This document shows positions 11,601-24,304 of a DNA stretch of 64,000 nt, piece by piece. Under the pieces are notes generated by a model. The model was not told where the DNA came from. It was given only the letters and a program-made list of their open reading frames with translations, and ran no database searches. Within the stretch, counting starts at the first letter, position 1, and each line of letters starts with the position of its first letter. This DNA is from Hamiltosporidium tvaerminnensis FI-OER-3-3 (taxonomy: Eukaryota > Fungi > Microsporidia), in assembly GCA_022605425.2 (NCBI GenBank), contig CM061255.1:659151-723150 (forward strand). The letters are read 5' to 3'. A program made the position numbers and the translations under genes.

Positions 11601-12300
11601 GTCTTCGCAATTGATTATGTATATTTTATTTACAAGGAAATAGAAAACTACATTCAAGGTTATATAAAGCACGAAATAATTATCTCATTTGGGGGTTCAT
11701 TCTTATGGAATACAAAGAAATTACAAATCAAAATATGTAAACATGTTTTGATATATTCGGAAAATTATTGCATTTTATTTGCAGGAATGGTAAGATGAAA
11801 GATAAAACAACATGATCATTCTAAAATGCCAATAGACAAACCAAAAATTTCAAGAAACAAATTTCAAACAAGGCATAAACTTCATATTGAAGCGTGCGGC
11901 TTTTGTATCTACTTATTCTCTATATTAATATTTAAATAATTAAAATAAATTAAGAGTTACATATATAAAAAATCCAAAAGCATATAATTACAAATAAATA
12001 TGACCATAGATTTAAAATTTCTAACTCAATTAAATTGTTGAAAAAAAAATGTTAAATGTTTACAAAATGTGTGAAAAATTTTATAATTTTATTTGTTTAA
12101 CAAAATGAAAGTAAAAATAAATCCATTAATTGTTTAAAATACATTTTAAACACATATGTACTACTTACCTATATTAAGAACGTTTAAACCATACAATAAA
12201 AATATTTATTACGGGTAACAATCAAAGACAAATATTTTAACTCTAAAATAAAATAAAAATTTTTAAGAAAGTTGTTAAATAGACATTTTTATATAAATGT

Positions 12301-12576
12301 TTAATCATCTTTTTTTCTGTTCATAAAATATATCACTATACCAATAATGGCTAGAATAAGTATCGCACCACCTATATACCACATTTTATGCTCTTTAATA
12401 TGATTCATAAACCCACCTTTATCATCTTTATTCTCTTTATTCTCTTTATTCTCTTTATTCTCTTTATTCTCTTTATTCTCTTCACTTTCACCTTCGGTAC
12501 ACTTTACATTACTTCTAAATACAATTGCAGACAATAAAACAGTTTGAAGGAAACGAGCAAGATTAGCGAAATTCAT
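12301..12576 (-). CDS. Small single-pass membrane protein (signal peptide, (ENK)n spacer, C-terminal TM, basic tail)
   Basis: 91-aa ORF; 9-bp GAGAATAAA repeat x6; MWYIGGAILILAIIGIVIYFM followed by NRKKDD. Confidence 0.75.
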   Translation of the reverse strand: MNFANLARFLQTVLLSAIVFRSNVKCTEGESEENKENKENKENKENKENKDDKGGFMNHIKEHKMWYIGGAILILAIIGIVIYFMNRKKDD

Positions 12577-13080
12577 AAAACTTAAAATTTTAGTTCTTTT
12601 ATATTTTTACAAAAACTAATTACCAATCAAATAATTCATAAAATCACATTCTGGTCTTCGTTTTTTAATTTACTCCTTTAATTGATTTCAATAATTTTAA
12701 TACTAAGAACCAACAATATATTACGTAAATAATATAATTTATTATAAATACATGTTATTGGTTCTTATCTTATCAAATCATTGGTAATTACATTACCAAT
12801 AATATATTATCAGTGTTTAATTTAAAATATGAATTTCAACTGACAAATTAAAATCAAGCTAAACATCAGATCATTTAAATAAAATTCAATAAATCTCTTT
12901 CAACAGATTAAAAAAATATAGTAAATAAACAATTTTATTAAATTGTAAACCAATAACTTAAAAGTACACTTGTATAACAAATTCTCTTTGATTATATTTT
13001 TATTAAAAGCGTAAATTAAACAATATCTTATGAAATTGGTATCAATTAATAGTTGATTGTCATATATTTCTAATACAATG

Positions 13081-13205
13081 TAATATAAAAGATATTTAAT
13101 GATATTAGAAAGATATTAGAAAGATATTAGAAAATTATTCGATAATATTAGAAAATTATTAGATAATATTAGAAAGATATTAAAATGATATTAAAATGAT
13201 AATTG
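13081..13205. repeat. ~10-11-bp degenerate tandem repeat (GATATTAGAAA)
   Basis: Repeated gatattagaaa/aatattagaaa units. Confidence 0.75.
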
Positions 13206-14386
13206 TATAAGAAAATATTAGAATGGCATGATGGTGATATTAAAAGATATCAAAAATTGTAAAAATATATGAAAAAGAAACAAAGAGGATACAAGAAAGA
13301 CATTATAAAGATATAAGAATGTTACAATAAAGAGATAATAAGTCTTTGAGAAGATATTAAAATATACGAAAATTATATTTTTTTAGTTTGTATTATAATT
13401 AAAAACTTAATACGATTTTTATTAAACTGTTTATTCAAAATAATGTCTTTACTTTCGGTAAATTTGTTACAAATTAATTTTAAATTTCAATCTTTAAAAA
13501 AAATCTGGGTTTTTCCAGCAGAAAAATCGATAAAATCAATTGAACATCGAAAAATGTTTTTTTATTAACATTTGTGTGGCTTGGTATTCTTATAGATGAA
13601 TTATATATTACAATTGAAAATTAAATGAGTGTAAATAAGTTTTAAAATATATTTATATTTTGATTTTAGACAGTTTTTTATTTGTTTAAATTTAGAAGTA
13701 AATTATCATTTATATAAAGTTTAATTAAAAATGTTTTAAAGAATAAAGTTATTTGTAATGTAATAAATAAGTCTATTAAATATTTATACTTCTAACTTAT
13801 TTATTAGAAAAAAGAAAAAAAATTTCTAGAAAAATACTAAATTTCTAGAAATATTCGATTTTGATCTGACAACCTGAATAAATTCTATAATTTTACAACA
13901 AAATAGAAGAATTTAAAGAAATGTTTTATAATTCATTCTCTAATGATACAAATAAATAATATAAACCGTAAATAAATTGAGAATATTAAGAAATTTTTAA
14001 TTCATTCACCCACATAAATACGAATTATAATATAAGTCTCAAAGCAAAGAGTATACAAAACAAGTTTTTTAAATAATTCTCTCACATAAATACGAAAAAA
14101 TACTATAAGTCTCAAAGCAGAGAATTTGAAGAAATGTTTTATAATTCATTCTCTCATATAAATTTAAATTCATACTATTTTTTTTTCCTAAGTACAAAGT
14201 AAAAATATAAGTTGCAAAATGATCATTTAGTCTTTATATTCATGCCAAATCCTTTTTTGACACATTTTTTTAAAATAATTAAATATTTATAAAAAAAAAA
14301 GTATTTCTCTTCTAAATCTGTCTTCTTCTCATTTTATAAAAAAAAAATAATTTTTAATATAAACACACAAAAAAAAAGAAAGGGTT

Positions 14387-15283
14387 ATGGATAAAAGAAA
14401 GACACTTAAAGTAATAAGAACACCAGATAACAGTTTCAATCTCAACCCAGACGACACATTGTTTTTAGAAACACCAAACATAAAAAGTAAACAAAAAAAG
14501 AATGTAAAATACTACGACACCACCGACATAAACATACAAGATACATTCGAACAAGACGAACCAAATACATTTTTAAATAAATGTACACGTATTTTTGAAA
14601 AATTAATCTCTACATCAATATTTCTATGGAATATAAATTTTGTTAAATTCTTTTTAATATTTTCATGCGCATTTTTTTTCGAGAATTTCTTGCATAAAAA
14701 AAACAATTTTGATTCTGAAATTTTAACAGAAATAAAAAAAGACTTTTTAAATTTACAAGAAGAAACCACCAATTTGTCTCTCAAACTCACCCAAATCCTC
14801 CAAACACCCACCAAACCCAAACAACCAAAAATCACACAAAATTACGCACTTCCTGAAACAGGCGCATCAATCTGTTACACTGAAACTTCACCTATCTATA
14901 AACACTGGCTATTCAGATTCATCACAGGAAAAGACCCACTCATCCTACTCACCAGCAACCTTCTACCCACCCAGTGCTTCTCTTTCAACGGCACCACAGG
15001 AAAAATACGCATAAATTTCAAAAAACCCATAAAAATTTCACATTTTTCCATTTTTCACCCAAACACAAAAAACAAAACCTCCGCTCCAAAAGATTTTGAA
15101 ATCCAAACACAAAACACCACATTACACACATACAAATACGACATAACCAACACACAACTACAAACATTCAACCTTCATACTCAACCCACCACAAATAATA
15201 TTATTTTCCACATAAAAAATAACCATGGAAATACCAAATACACTTCCATCTACAGAATATACATATTCGGAGAAAATATTTAA
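14387..15283 (+). CDS. SUN-domain (Sad1/UNC-84) inner nuclear membrane / spindle pole protein
   Basis: TM segment, coiled coil, then NYA...GASI..TS, CFSFNG..G, HP....TSAPKDFEI, NNHGNTKYTSIYRIYIFG. GGG motif before the ATG. Confidence 0.88.
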   Translation: MDKRKTLKVIRTPDNSFNLNPDDTLFLETPNIKSKQKKNVKYYDTTDINIQDTFEQDEPNTFLNKCTRIFEKLISTSIFLWNINFVKFFLIFSCAFFFENFLHKKNNFDSEILTEIKKDFLNLQEETTNLSLKLTQILQTPTKPKQPKITQNYALPETGASICYTETSPIYKHWLFRFITGKDPLILLTSNLLPTQCFSFNGTTGKIRINFKKPIKISHFSIFHPNTKNKTSAPKDFEIQTQNTTLHTYKYDITNTQLQTFNLHTQPTTNNIIFHIKNNHGNTKYTSIYRIYIFGENI

Positions 15284-15329
15284 AAAATAAATATTTTAGT
15301 AATTTAATATTTTCAATGGTTCTTTAATA

Positions 15330-15660
15330 TTTTAATATTTGTAATTTAGTATTTTAATATTTGTAATTTAGTAATTTAGTGTTTTAGATGGTTCTTTACT
15401 ATTTTCAATGGTTCTTTACTAATTTAGTGTTTTACTATTATTTTTAATATTTTACTATTTTCAATGGTTTTTTACTAATTTAGTGTTTTACTATTATTTT
15501 TAATTTTTAATATTTTACTATTTTCAATGGTTCTTTACTAATTTAGTGTTTTACTATTATTTTTAATTTTTAATATTTTACTATTTTTAATGGTTTTTTA
15601 CTAATTTAGTGTTTTACTATTATTTTTAATTTTTTAATATTTTTTTATTTACTATCACAC
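15330..15660. repeat. ~55-60-bp AT-rich tandem repeat
   Basis: ACTAATTTAGTGTTTTACTATTATTTTTAAT recurs four times. Confidence 0.8.
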
Positions 15661-15675
15661 TTTTTTTAAAAATTA

Positions 15676-16858
<1,183 letters not shown>

Positions 16859-16954
16859 TTACTATCACACTTTTATATTTTAATATTTTTTTATCTTACC
16901 ATTATATCTTTATATTTAATTTAAAAATTAAAATTAATATCCCAACAAACTTTA

Positions 16955-17165
16955 ATAAACCCCTAACCCTTACTAACCTTACTAACAACATACTACATAC
17001 TACATATTAACACCCCCCCTCACTTAACAACATACTACATACAGTACTAACAACATACTACATAACAACATATTAACCCTTACTAACAACATACTACATA
17101 TTAACACCCCCCTCACTTAACAACATATTAACACAACCTACATATTAACACCCCCTACTAATACC
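16955..17165. repeat. C/A-rich low-complexity repeat in the 3' flank of the ATPase
   Basis: AACAACATACTACAT and ATTAACACCCCCC units. Confidence 0.75.
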
Positions 17166-17167
17166 CC

Positions 17168-20100
17168 TCACTTAATACACCTCCCCCTTTTCATACCAAA
17201 AACCTTAAAAAAAAACTTTTCCCCCAAAACGCATAAAAACAAATCCAAACAAACAACAAAAAATATAAAATTTCGAAAAGAATCCTCAATCCTTACAACC
17301 TCCATATACCGACTAAAATCCTCATTTACTCTAAACAACAACATAACAAACACACAACTCACACCAACCAAACAATTTCTTAAATGAAAATTTTCACTTA
17401 AACTTTCTCTAAAAGGTCTACCAATATAATTTACTATAAACGTTGATATCTGTTGATAAACAGATATAAGAAATAAAGAAGTATTCATCAAACTCGGTAC
17501 AAACTTTTCATTATATACAACCTTCTCATACTTCTCTGATTCCCACATCACAACTAAAAAAGATAAAATATGCACTAAAACTTGAAATATTACACTTCCC
17601 ATCACATAAAAATTAAAAATGTTACAAACAGGTCTCTCAACACTTATTTCCTCTAAACTCTTACTTCTTGTTAAAAACATAAAAGCAAAAGCAATTAACA
17701 CCCCACTTATCACCATCTGTACATCTCCAAATCTAACACCCATAGAATCTAAAAAACTTAACCCAAAAGCTGTTATTAAAGAATTTAAAGCTAAAATTTT
17801 ATACATTTGAATTGTAGTTACTAAAGTAGATCTTCCTTGTTTTATAACATCTACAACACTACCTATAGAATTAGTCTTAGCAGTAAAATGAGCAGCACAA
17901 CTAGCATCACCTAATCTAACCTTTCTCTCATCCCCCTGGACAAAGGGGTTAGTGATAGTATTAGGGTTGTTGTTAGGGTTGTTGTTAGTATTAGAGTTGT
18001 TGTTAGGGTTGTTGTTAGTATTAGTATAAGTAGGGTTATTACTAACACCACCCTTACTACCATCCCTATTACTAACACCACCCTCCCTATTACTAACACC
18101 ATCCTTATAAACACCATCCTTACCACCACCCACACCCTTACTACCATCCCTACCACTAACACTACTATAACACTCCACTAGTGCTACTCCTATGTCTGCA
18201 CACTTCAATGCCCCTACATCATTAGTACCATCACCACACATAAGAGTAACACACCCTTCTTTCTTATACCTCTCAATAATACCCTCTTTATGTTTAGGAT
18301 CTGCTCTACTAAAAACACTAAAACTTAAAAAATTATTATTTTTTAAAACTTCTTCAATTTCTTCTCCATCACACACATTACCATTATAAAACCCTAATTT
18401 ACGTGCTACACAACATGCTGTCATCTTATTATCTCCTGTAATCATAACTACTTTCATACCACCTTTTATTAGATTTTCAACTGCTCTCTCACTTCCTTCT
18501 TTTATTTTACTTTCAAATAACACAAAACCACAGAAATTTAAATCTGACTCTAAATAAGACCTATCATTTAAAGGGTTATAATTAGAGAGGGTGATATTAT
18601 TATTGTTGTTGTTATTGTTGTTAGTGATAAGGGTGTTACTACTCTTATCCCTACTACTACTCTTACTACTACTATCCCTACTACTACTACTCTTATCCCT
18701 ACTACTAATATCCCTACTACTACTCTTATTACTCTTATTACTATCCCTACCACCACACACCCTACCACTACCCCCACTACCACTACCACATATATCCTTA
18801 TACGCTATACTTATAATTCTATACCCTAACCTTGCATACTCCTCATACACACTATCATACCACACAGGTACTTCTTTCAAATAACACTTAACTACCTCTG
18901 GTGCTCCTTTCATACCAACATATACATTACCTTCTTCATTCTCTCCTATAACAGTCATTCTTCTTAATTCACTACAAAAATCATATTTCTTAATAATTTT
19001 ATATAATATATTATTATAAATAACACCCTTTTTACTTAAATACATATTAAAATAAGAAATTATTGTTGTTTCTAAAGGATCACCTATTAAAGTACCTTCT
19101 AAGTCAACAACACTATGACACGTAGCAAGGACCTTAGCAATATTTGTATTTATTGGTGAGGGTGTGTTAGGGGTAGTAATAAGGGTTGTATTTAGGGTTG
19201 TATTTAGGGTAGTGTTTAGGGTAGTGTTTAGGGTAGTGTTTAGGGTAGTGTTATTATCCTTTATATCCCTATTACTACTATCCCTATTACTACTATCCTT
19301 ATTATCTAACATATCCCTACCACCATCCCTACTAATATCCCTACTAATATCCCTACCACCATCCCCACTACTAATATCCCCACTACCACCATCCCCACCC
19401 CCCACTACTATACCACACATCCTTAGTCCTGTCTCGGTAAGTGTTCCTGTCTTATCAAAACATATAACATCTACTTTACCTGCTGTTGGTATACGATATG
19501 CTTCTAAACAAAATATACCTTTTAATATTAAAGATTGTATAGAATTATTAATAGCAATACTAAGTTCTAAAGGTAATTCAGGTGGTACAACATTAGTAAG
19601 AATAATAATTGTTTCTAAAAATAATTTATAATTATTTTTAATATTAAAACTATTATAAATATTATAAATACTAGAAATTATAGCAAAGAAAAGAAGAAAA
19701 AGAATAAAGAAAAACGGTTCTTTTTCATGTCTTATTTCTGTATTTGTCATTTTCTTTATCAGTTTACCTTGTTGTGTACTGAAAGAGGTTCTTAAGACAT
19801 ATAAGGTAAGAGAAGTACATTTTATTATTTTAGTACCACTGAAAAGGACGAATTTTTTATGATTTATAAGGCAGAAGGAATCATATATATTGGTATTAGT
19901 AGTATGGTTGTTGGTATTAGGGTTAGTATTGGTATTAGTATTAGTATTGGTACTGGTATTAGTATTAGTATTAGTATTAGTATGGTTATTGGTACTGGTA
20001 TTAGTATCACTAGCGTTAGTATCACTAGCGTTAGTATCTATATTACTTATGTCTAAGTCACTAGTATTATCTATATCACTATCACTAATGCTTAGCTTTG

Positions 20101-21397
20101 TTGATGGTGTTGATTCTCCTGTTAACATACTCTCATCTACTACACATGTACCTTTTAATATAAGAAGGTCTGCTGGTACTTGACAAGGGTTATCTATAAC
20201 AATAATATCACCAGGATAGATATTAGCAGTATTAACATAAGTAGTATTGGTATTCTTATTACTGGTATTGCTGGTATTATTACTGGTATTCTTGTTTTTA
20301 TTCTTATTACTGGTATTCTTGTTTTTATTCTTATTACTATTCTTATTATCTAACATATTACTATTCTTATTACTATCCCTATTACTATTACTACTATCCC
20401 TATTATTACTATCCCTATTACTATCCCTAAAATCCATATTAACATCACTATTACACTTAACTTGCTTTATTGCTTTTACTTCAAATGTCTCGTGGTTCAT
20501 AGATTGGAATTCTTTTAAATTTCTAAGTCTTTGGAATACAAGAGTAATTTCAAATATAACAAGTAATGCCATAGTAAGTAAAGAATGATAAACATATTCA
20601 TCTAAACACCAAAGAATAGAACAAAACATTTGAAATACAAAGAATGGAGATACAGCGTGTTCAAGGAATAGAGAAGTAAAAGAAGGATGTGGAAATGTAA
20701 ATATGTTGGGTGGGTGGTGGTAAAGAAGAAGAGGAGATAGAATTGGTGTGTGAGTGGTATAGAAGGAGAAAGGATGTGTGGTTTCTACTTTTATTTTTGT
20801 AATTTTATAATCTTTTTTGTTGAATTCTACGATGAAAGGTGTTTTGTTGTGTGAGAAAGTAAAAATATTATTTTTAAAGTTTGATTTGAAGAGTTTGTAA
20901 AGATTATTTTTAAAGAAAATATATTCAGGGGTGGGGGTGTATTGTTTGATATTTGGTTTGATATTAGTATTGGTAAGTTTGATATTAGTATTTTGTTTGC
21001 TATTACTATTATCATTAGTAATATTATCATATTTTTCATTATCATATTTTTCATTATTAGTATTGTATTTATCATTATTCTTATCACTACTAATATCACT
21101 ACTAATATCACCACAAATATACCCACTATTATCCTCTCTATTATCCTCTCTATTATCATCAGTATTATCATCAGTATTGTTATCTCCCCTACTGTTGGGT
21201 GATACTGAGGTTAGTGATACTGCAATGTAACACTTAGGTGACCAAAAGGTTGTAAGAAACATAAAAAGACTAACAAGTAAACAAAAGAAAGGAGCTATGT
21301 GGTATGAATTAAATACTTTTATAAGTATAGGGAGTATAAGTATAGGGATTGTATATAAACGTGTGAATATGTTTCGGTGTTTGTAGAATGTTTTCAT
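17168..21397 (-). CDS. SPF1: P5A-type ATPase (Spf1/ATP13A1 homolog) with six low-complexity insertions
   Basis: EHAVSPFFVFQMFCSILWCLDEY, VDESMLTGES, P5A signature VVPPELPLELS, DKTGTLT, KGAPE, MITGDN, MCGDGTNDVGALK, LGDASCAAHFT, QGRSTLVTTIQMYKILALN. Confidence 0.95.
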   Translation of the reverse strand: MKTFYKHRNIFTRLYTIPILILPILIKVFNSYHIAPFFCLLVSLFMFLTTFWSPKCYIAVSLTSVSPNSRGDNNTDDNTDDNREDNREDNSGYICGDISSDISSDKNNDKYNTNNEKYDNEKYDNITNDNSNSKQNTNIKLTNTNIKPNIKQYTPTPEYIFFKNNLYKLFKSNFKNNIFTFSHNKTPFIVEFNKKDYKITKIKVETTHPFSFYTTHTPILSPLLLYHHPPNIFTFPHPSFTSLFLEHAVSPFFVFQMFCSILWCLDEYVYHSLLTMALLVIFEITLVFQRLRNLKEFQSMNHETFEVKAIKQVKCNSDVNMDFRDSNRDSNNRDSSNSNRDSNKNSNMLDNKNSNKNKNKNTSNKNKNKNTSNNTSNTSNKNTNTTYVNTANIYPGDIIVIDNPCQVPADLLILKGTCVVDESMLTGESTPSTKLSISDSDIDNTSDLDISNIDTNASDTNASDTNTSTNNHTNTNTNTNTSTNTNTNTNTNPNTNNHTTNTNIYDSFCLINHKKFVLFSGTKIIKCTSLTLYVLRTSFSTQQGKLIKKMTNTEIRHEKEPFFFILFLLFFAIISSIYNIYNSFNIKNNYKLFLETIIILTNVVPPELPLELSIAINNSIQSLILKGIFCLEAYRIPTAGKVDVICFDKTGTLTETGLRMCGIVVGGGDGGSGDISSGDGGRDISRDISRDGGRDMLDNKDSSNRDSSNRDIKDNNTTLNTTLNTTLNTTLNTTLNTTLITTPNTPSPINTNIAKVLATCHSVVDLEGTLIGDPLETTIISYFNMYLSKKGVIYNNILYKIIKKYDFCSELRRMTVIGENEEGNVYVGMKGAPEVVKCYLKEVPVWYDSVYEEYARLGYRIISIAYKDICGSGSGGSGRVCGGRDSNKSNKSSSRDISSRDKSSSSRDSSSKSSSRDKSSNTLITNNNNNNNNNITLSNYNPLNDRSYLESDLNFCGFVLFESKIKEGSERAVENLIKGGMKVVMITGDNKMTACCVARKLGFYNGNVCDGEEIEEVLKNNNFLSFSVFSRADPKHKEGIIERYKKEGCVTLMCGDGTNDVGALKCADIGVALVECYSSVSGRDGSKGVGGGKDGVYKDGVSNREGGVSNRDGSKGGVSNNPTYTNTNNNPNNNSNTNNNPNNNPNTITNPFVQGDERKVRLGDASCAAHFTAKTNSIGSVVDVIKQGRSTLVTTIQMYKILALNSLITAFGLSFLDSMGVRFGDVQMVISGVLIAFAFMFLTRSKSLEEISVERPVCNIFNFYVMGSVIFQVLVHILSFLVVMWESEKYEKVVYNEKFVPSLMNTSLFLISVYQQISTFIVNYIGRPFRESLSENFHLRNCLVGVSCVFVMLLFRVNEDFSRYMEVVRIEDSFRNFIFFVVCLDLFLCVLGEKFFFKVFGMKRGRCIK

Positions 21398-21745
21398 ATT
21401 TGTTTTTATGGGTTGTAAGTAAAATTTTATATAAAAAATATTTGGGAAATTAGAAAAAAGGTTTTTATGAAAATATTTGGGAAATTAAGAAATTAGGAAA
21501 TTATTTTGGAAAAATAGAAAAGGATTAATAAGGTTTTTGGAAATTAGAAAATGGTTTTAATCAGAAAGGTTTTAATAGGAAATTAATAAGGTTTTTAGAA
21601 ATTAGAAATTAGAAAATTATTTGGGAAAAATATTTGGGAAATTAATGTATTTTATGAAAAATAGAAATAATTAGAGAAAAATTAATAAGGTATAGCAAAA
21701 TTATAAATAAGATAAAAACATAGATAAATGAAATTAGAGAGAAAT

Positions 21746-21900
21746 AAAATAAATGAAAATATAAAGAATTAATATTACTGAGTAACCTTGAAGTATAATT
21801 TAATATTTAATATATAATTATTTTTTAGTTTGATAAAATAAATGAAAATATAAAGAATTAATATTACTGAGTAACCTTGAAGTATAATTTAATATTTAAT
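21746..21900. repeat. 89-bp-period direct duplication
   Basis: AAAATAAATGAAAATATAAAGAATTAATATTACTGAGTAACCTTGAAGTATAATTTAATATTTAAT at 21746 and 21835. Confidence 0.85.
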
Positions 21901-22177
21901 CCTTTATATTTAATATAGAATTATGTTTCTTTTATTGATAAAATATTTGAAAATATAAATTAATAATTTAAATAAGAGATTGAATATATTAAAAGAAATT
22001 TGATGAAAGAAAGGTAAACAAATGTATTTGAGGATAGGGTTAAGTATATATAGGGTTAAAGAAGTATAGAAATTATTTTAAATTAAGAGATTTATAATTA
22101 AGAGTTATTGTGTGAATAAGAAATATTATTGGATATATTGTGAAATTTATTGTTTACTTTACTGTTCGAATCATATG

Positions 22178-22430
22178 TTTAAAATTACTTTTGAACTTCT
22201 AATAGTTATTAGGTTGAAAATTACTTTGAACTTCTAATAGTTATTAGTATTAAAACTTACTTTGATGTTCTATTAGTTATTAGGTTGAAAGTTGACTTTG
22301 ATATTCTAATAGTTATTAGGTTGAAAGTTGACTTTGATATTCTAATAGTTATTAGGTTTAAAATTACTTTGAACTTCTATTATCTATTAAGTTTAAAACT
22401 TACTTTTGAACTTCTATTAGTTATTAAGCT
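22178..22430. repeat. ~37-bp minisatellite x ~7 with internal palindrome
   Basis: Unit TTACTTTGAACTTCTAATAGTTATTAGGTTGAAAA; CTAATA-GT-TATTAG self-complementary; no unique spacers. Confidence 0.85.
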
Positions 22431-24304
22431 TGTGTTATTGATAAGGAATTATTGAATATTAGATTTATAATTTTATTTACTAAATAACCCATTTTTTTTA
22501 AAATATGTAGCTCTTAAATATAGTTTTTATGACATTAACGCTGTTCTAGGTTTAACATAGATGATCTTATTTAATACATCATAAGTAGTTTTTAGGTACT
22601 CATGAATAAAAGCTTTTAGGTAAAAGAATGTGTGAAATGGATTAAATTCCAGTAACTAATGAAATTTTTTTTTGAATAGGTTTTCTGGGATATGATGCCG
22701 GGGCCGAAACAGTCTTGTATAAAAATACGAGTATTTCTCTGCTTATACTACATAATTCAAATTAAATAGACATTCGGATACGAAATATCTCGGTGACTTA
22801 TATTGATTAACATATATGTTACAATGTCATAACAATAGGTATAATCTGCTACTTAAGTTTCTTTACTTTTTGAAAGAGAATGTTTTTTTTGTATTTCTCA
22901 TGCGAAATCTATTGTAATTCGAGAGAGAAAGGCTAGGTTCATATACTTTTACGTGTCTAGTATTTAAAATAAAACTCTATTTTATAATCTGATTAAATAA
23001 AAAATTACAAAAATAGTTCTTAAAAGAATTTTCAAATTGTGTAAACCGTTTCTCCTCCTTACTTAAATCTCCTTGGAACAAGTGAAAATTTTGTGTTGAT
23101 TTCTTTCCACCGAAAATTCCTAAAATAAAATTAAAATACACTTCACACATATGTATTAAATTGATAGATTTTAATTTGATTACTTCTCTTCAGAACAATG
23201 TATATAAGACAAATGGTTAGTAAATTTAATTCTTTAATATATTTATCTGAATATATTGGTGTTGTTTTTTGAGCAAAAGACCGAATGCAGATATGGTGGC
23301 TATATATAACGGGTCGGTTTACAAAAAGTCGTGTTTGTTTATTTGCTGATCTTGTTTAATTGTCTAGATTGTATCATTTTTACCCTTTTTATATGTGTCG
23401 TTGTTCTTATATAAATTATTTTCAAAATAAATATAATAATTATTTTAAAGATTGTAAAATTCCTATATATTATAAAAGCAATTAACCACATATTTTTTGC
23501 TTAAGAATGTTTTAAAAACCAACGTATTATTTAATTCCGACTTAAATTACATTTTACGATGATTTTACCTATCTTTTATCTTTAAAATGAGTTTATATAA
23601 ATTATAACAAATATAATGGCTAATATCTATGAATCCATTCAGTTAAAATTAACTCTAGATGTAGAAAATATATTTAAGTAGCAAAAATGAGGTTTATTTA
23701 TATATTTTATTAAGACGTCTGGCATGCTTATTTCAAAGTATACTTTAAAAATTTCTATTTATTTAAACCATTCAAATACTATAAAGCTATTGGTATTTTC
23801 CTCAATTTTTAAATGTATATTTTTCGTCTGCTTTATAGTGAAAAATCAAATTACACAACTCAAATTGATATATAAAGCATAAATGAATTTTATTTTTTTA
23901 TATCTCTTTCTAATATAATAAAAATTAGAAGATATTAGGAAATGCGTTTTTTTTAGATACTTATCCTTTAAGTATTCTGATAAACTAGAGAAGAATATAT
24001 TGTGTATAAATACTGACTGCATATAAGATTATTTTTAGAACTTTTAAATTGATTTATCACTCTATTCGCATTGCTTTAATACTTAAAGAATAGATGCTTT
24101 CTATCTAATTAAAATAATAATATAATTAAAAAGTAATCACTTTGTAAAGTAATCTAAAAAATTGATCAAACAAATTCTTTTTAAATAATATAAAGCATCA
24201 AGATTTGAATTACTAGAAGACACTTTAAATCCAAAAAGTCTTTTCTGAAATTATTAAAGTATAATATAAATCAAAAAAAAATATAATTATGACAATAAAA
24301 TGTT

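Noticed and set aside
16955-16985. Telomerase RNA template candidate (CCCTAACCCT)
   Set aside because: Embedded in a low-complexity repeat with no supporting structure.
17619-21230. Antisense hydrophobic ORFs within the ATPase
   Set aside because: Shadow frames of the low-complexity insertions.
22178-22430. CRISPR-like array of ~37-bp palindromic repeats
   Set aside because: Units are head-to-tail with no unique spacers, no cas genes, eukaryotic context.
22685-22714. Minimal hammerhead-like ATGATGCCGGGCCGAAACAGTC
   Set aside because: The CUGA core is missing and no stem I is evident; at best a dead relic.
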